From the NCBI GenBank assembly GCA_045657565.1, contig JAZOTI010000156.1, positions 1 through 39,066 on the forward strand: a stretch of 39,066 bases of DNA. Reading direction: 5' to 3'. Each line of letters opens with the position of its first letter. Positions within the stretch are counted from its first letter, which is position 1. The notes beneath the pieces are model-generated. The model ran no database searches. It had not been told where the DNA came from and saw nothing but the letters and a program-made list of their open reading frames with translations. The position numbers and the translations under genes were made by a program. Origin of the DNA: Oscillospiraceae bacterium (lineage in GTDB: Bacteria; Bacillota; Clostridia; Oscillospirales; Ruminococcaceae). Of the stretch, positions 36,667-39,066 are shown piece after piece.

Positions 36667-37497
36667 ATGAAAATCAAAAAATTATATATAGCTTTTTATA
36701 TGGTTATCGCTCTTATCTGTATCCACGGCTGTACTTCCGGTATAGTGTTTGAGGATGTTCCCAGCGAATACAACAAAGCAATGGAAAAGCTTGAATATCA
36801 GCTGGGATATTCAAGTATCTACTGCAACAAAGTGACATATGAGGACCTTGCTGTTGCCGATACAGATTTAACCGAACCGCAAAAAACAGTATATCTGACC
36901 TTTGATGACGGACCAAGTATGCGCACAGAGGAAATCCTGGATTTATTGCAGGAATATAATATAAAAGCCACTTTCTTTATTGTGAATAATGAGGCAGAAA
37001 AAGCAAAAGAACTTGTAAAGAGAACCTTTGAAGAAGGACACACCGTAGGTGTACACAGCGCAACACATTCATATAATGACATCTACAAAAGCGTGGACAG
37101 TTTTCTTGATGATTTTGAACTTTGTTACAATTACATTTATGATATCACTGGTGAATATCCTTCCATATATCGTTTCCCCGGGGGAAGTGTAAATAATTAC
37201 AACAATAACATCTGCAAGGATATTGTTGCCGAGATGAACCGCAGAGGATTCACCTATTTTGACTGGAATATAAGCAGCGATGACGCCACAAAAAGCTACA
37301 GCGCGGACAGCATTTACCAAAAGGTTATGAACGGATGTGAGACCCGCAACAACTGTGTTGTGCTTATGCATGATTCCTCCGGCAAAAAAGCCACTGTATC
37401 TGCACTTAAAAGGCTTATTCCCGACCTTCTGGCAAAAGGATATGTATTTGATAAACTTGATGAAACTGTACAGCCTACGGTGTTTCGACTTGATTGA
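36667..37497 (+). CDS. polysaccharide deacetylase (NodB homology domain), secreted or lipoprotein
   Basis: VYLTFDDGPS, the HSATH motif (VGVHSATHSY) and YRFPGGS. N-terminal signal peptide with ICIHGC. Confidence 0.85.
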   Translation: MKIKKLYIAFYMVIALICIHGCTSGIVFEDVPSEYNKAMEKLEYQLGYSSIYCNKVTYEDLAVADTDLTEPQKTVYLTFDDGPSMRTEEILDLLQEYNIKATFFIVNNEAEKAKELVKRTFEEGHTVGVHSATHSYNDIYKSVDSFLDDFELCYNYIYDITGEYPSIYRFPGGSVNNYNNNICKDIVAEMNRRGFTYFDWNISSDDATKSYSADSIYQKVMNGCETRNNCVVLMHDSSGKKATVSALKRLIPDLLAKGYVFDKLDETVQPTVFRLD

Positions 37498-37657
37498 AAA
37501 CACAACAGTGATGATAAGCTGTACGTTGAAAAGTATATACTAATACCTTGTGTTATTTCATGGCAAAGATATATTGTTTCTTTAACTTTTTGGGTTTATT
37601 GATAAGAACACCTATTTGTGGTATAATAATTATTATAAATATCAGATGGGAGTTATT

Positions 37658-38308
37658 ATGAGATACGCTATCTTTGACCTTGACGGAACATTGGCAGACA
37701 GTATGAAAATGTGGCGCAGTGTTGGAAAAATATTCCTTGAAGAACATGGTTATCCGCCGCTTAAATTCACAAAGCAATCCAGCAACGACACCTGGGAAAA
37801 AGACTTTGTTTCCGCTGTAAATGAACAACTTGATGCGGACATTACAGAGGATTACTTTTTCAGATGGTTTTCTGGATATGTGATTGAACAGTATGAAAAA
37901 CACATTCCACTTAAACCTTTTGCCTATAAATTTCTTGAAAATCTTAAAAATCAGGGTGTAAAGATGTGCATTTGTTCTTCAACCCACAGATTTATGATGC
38001 AGCCTGCCCTTGAAAGACTTGATATCCTGAAGTTTTTTGAGTTCACCTGTCACTGCAATGAATTTGGCAAAGAGAAAAATCAGCCGGATATATTTTTCCA
38101 CTGCATGGAAAAACTCGGTGCAGAAAAGCCTGAAGAAGTTGCGGTTTTTGAAGATGCTGTGTATTCTGCCTCTACTGCAAAAAAAGCAGGATTTTATGTA
38201 GTCGGTGTCAAAGATTCCACCGAATACAAAGCAGAACTTATGTCACAGATATGTGACCAGTACATAGACGATTTTTCTCAGGCAGACGTTTCACTTATGC
38301 CTTTGTAA
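37658..38308 (+). CDS. HAD-IA family hydrolase
   Basis: Motif I is FDLDGTLADS, with later SST and ED motifs. Start trimmed to MRYAIFDLDG (ATG at 37658). Confidence 0.8.
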   Translation: MRYAIFDLDGTLADSMKMWRSVGKIFLEEHGYPPLKFTKQSSNDTWEKDFVSAVNEQLDADITEDYFFRWFSGYVIEQYEKHIPLKPFAYKFLENLKNQGVKMCICSSTHRFMMQPALERLDILKFFEFTCHCNEFGKEKNQPDIFFHCMEKLGAEKPEEVAVFEDAVYSASTAKKAGFYVVGVKDSTEYKAELMSQICDQYIDDFSQADVSLMPL

Positions 38309-38317
38309 AGGAGACTT

Positions 38318-38950
38318 ATGAAATATAAAGTAATTCTGTTCGACCTCGACGGCACTCTGACCGACCCGCAGGAAGGTATATGCAAATCCATAAACCATGC
38401 ATTGAGTTATTATGGTATTGAAAAGCCGTTAAATGAACTCACAAAATACATTGGTCCTCCCCTGCTGAACTCCTTTGCGGAAATGCTGGGCGAAGAACAC
38501 GCGGCAGACGCCGTGGTGAGATACAGAGAACGTTTTTCTGTTGTAGGACTTTACGAAAATAAAATTTATCCAAATGTAAGAGAAACTTTACAGTTGCTTA
38601 AAGATAACGGGTATGTCCTTTGTACTGCAAGCAGCAAACCGCAGGTTTTTGTACAGAAAATCCTTGAACATTTTGATATTGCAAAATACTTTACTGTTAT
38701 GGGCGGTGCCTCTATGGACGGTACAGTAAGCGCAAAACAGGATGTTATTGACCTTGTTCTCCGACAGGCCGGTGCAGACAAAGAAACCACCGTTATGGTT
38801 GGTGACACAAAATTCGACCTTATCGGCGCAGAAAAAATGGGCGTTGATGCTATAGGTGTTACATATGGCTTTGGCACAAGGGACGAGCTTTGCAGCTATC
38901 CCAACATTGCAGTAATTGATGATATCCGCCATATTGTAAATTATATATAG
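38318..38950 (+). CDS. HAD-IA family hydrolase (phosphoglycolate-phosphatase-like)
   Basis: ILFDLDGTLTDP, TASSKP and MVGDTKFDLIGA. RBS aaaggagactt. Confidence 0.82.
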   Translation: MKYKVILFDLDGTLTDPQEGICKSINHALSYYGIEKPLNELTKYIGPPLLNSFAEMLGEEHAADAVVRYRERFSVVGLYENKIYPNVRETLQLLKDNGYVLCTASSKPQVFVQKILEHFDIAKYFTVMGGASMDGTVSAKQDVIDLVLRQAGADKETTVMVGDTKFDLIGAEKMGVDAIGVTYGFGTRDELCSYPNIAVIDDIRHIVNYI

Positions 38951-38965
38951 CAGGTGATATTAAAG

Positions 38966-39066
38966 GTGTTTTGTTCCAGAAAAGGTTTTTGTTTTATAGT
39001 ATCGGTATGTACAGTGATATATATTTATCTTGTAAACACAACAATTGAGCACAGATATAATGTATA
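38966..39066 (+). CDS. possible start of a membrane protein gene (runs off window end)
   Basis: A GTG at 38966 lies 8 nt after AGGTGA. The frame stays open to the window end and reads VFCSRKGFCFIVSVCTVIYIYLVNTTIEHRYNV, a hydrophobic N-terminus. Only 33 codons are visible. Confidence 0.25.
   Translation, partial: MFCSRKGFCFIVSVCTVIYIYLVNTTIEHRYNV

Overview
This 39 kb window looks like core chromosome from a low-GC Gram-positive anaerobe, probably Clostridia-like. That guess rests on the yicC-remA-gmk-priA-def-fmt gene order, GGAGG-type ribosome-binding sites (RBS) and hairpin-plus-U-tract terminators. I support about 37 protein genes. I saw no rRNA, tRNA, CRISPR array, transposase, integrase, phage gene or recognisable defence gene.

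Content from left to right:
- A housekeeping operon on the minus strand (yicC, remA, gmk, priA, def, fmt).
- An AI-2E transporter, an Asp/Glu-racemase-like gene and a LysR regulator.
- A membrane-anchored 5'-nucleotidase.
- A glycine riboswitch controlling an alanine/glycine:cation symporter.
- A flavin reductase.
- A 12 kb minus-strand peptide block: oppABCDF, then DUF885, an M6-like metalloprotease, an M3 oligoendopeptidase and a MATE exporter. An M24B Xaa-Pro peptidase lies about 1 kb upstream of this block.
- An acyltransferase whose 3' end overlaps a GltS-like symporter gene.
- An orphan histidine-kinase-like gene with no histidine in its dimerisation region.
- gap.
- queT behind a structured, pseudoknot-capable leader.
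- degV, trmL and pdxK, a small membrane protein, a polysaccharide deacetylase and two HAD hydrolases.

I do not see a clear, self-contained novel multi-gene system. The best leads are:
- the Opp / DUF885 / leaderless-peptidase island;
- the queT leader RNA;
- the His-less kinase-like protein;
- the acyltransferase-symporter pair;
- a roughly 550 bp ORF-free AT-rich spacer containing repeated motifs.

All family assignments come from motif recognition by eye. No searches were run.
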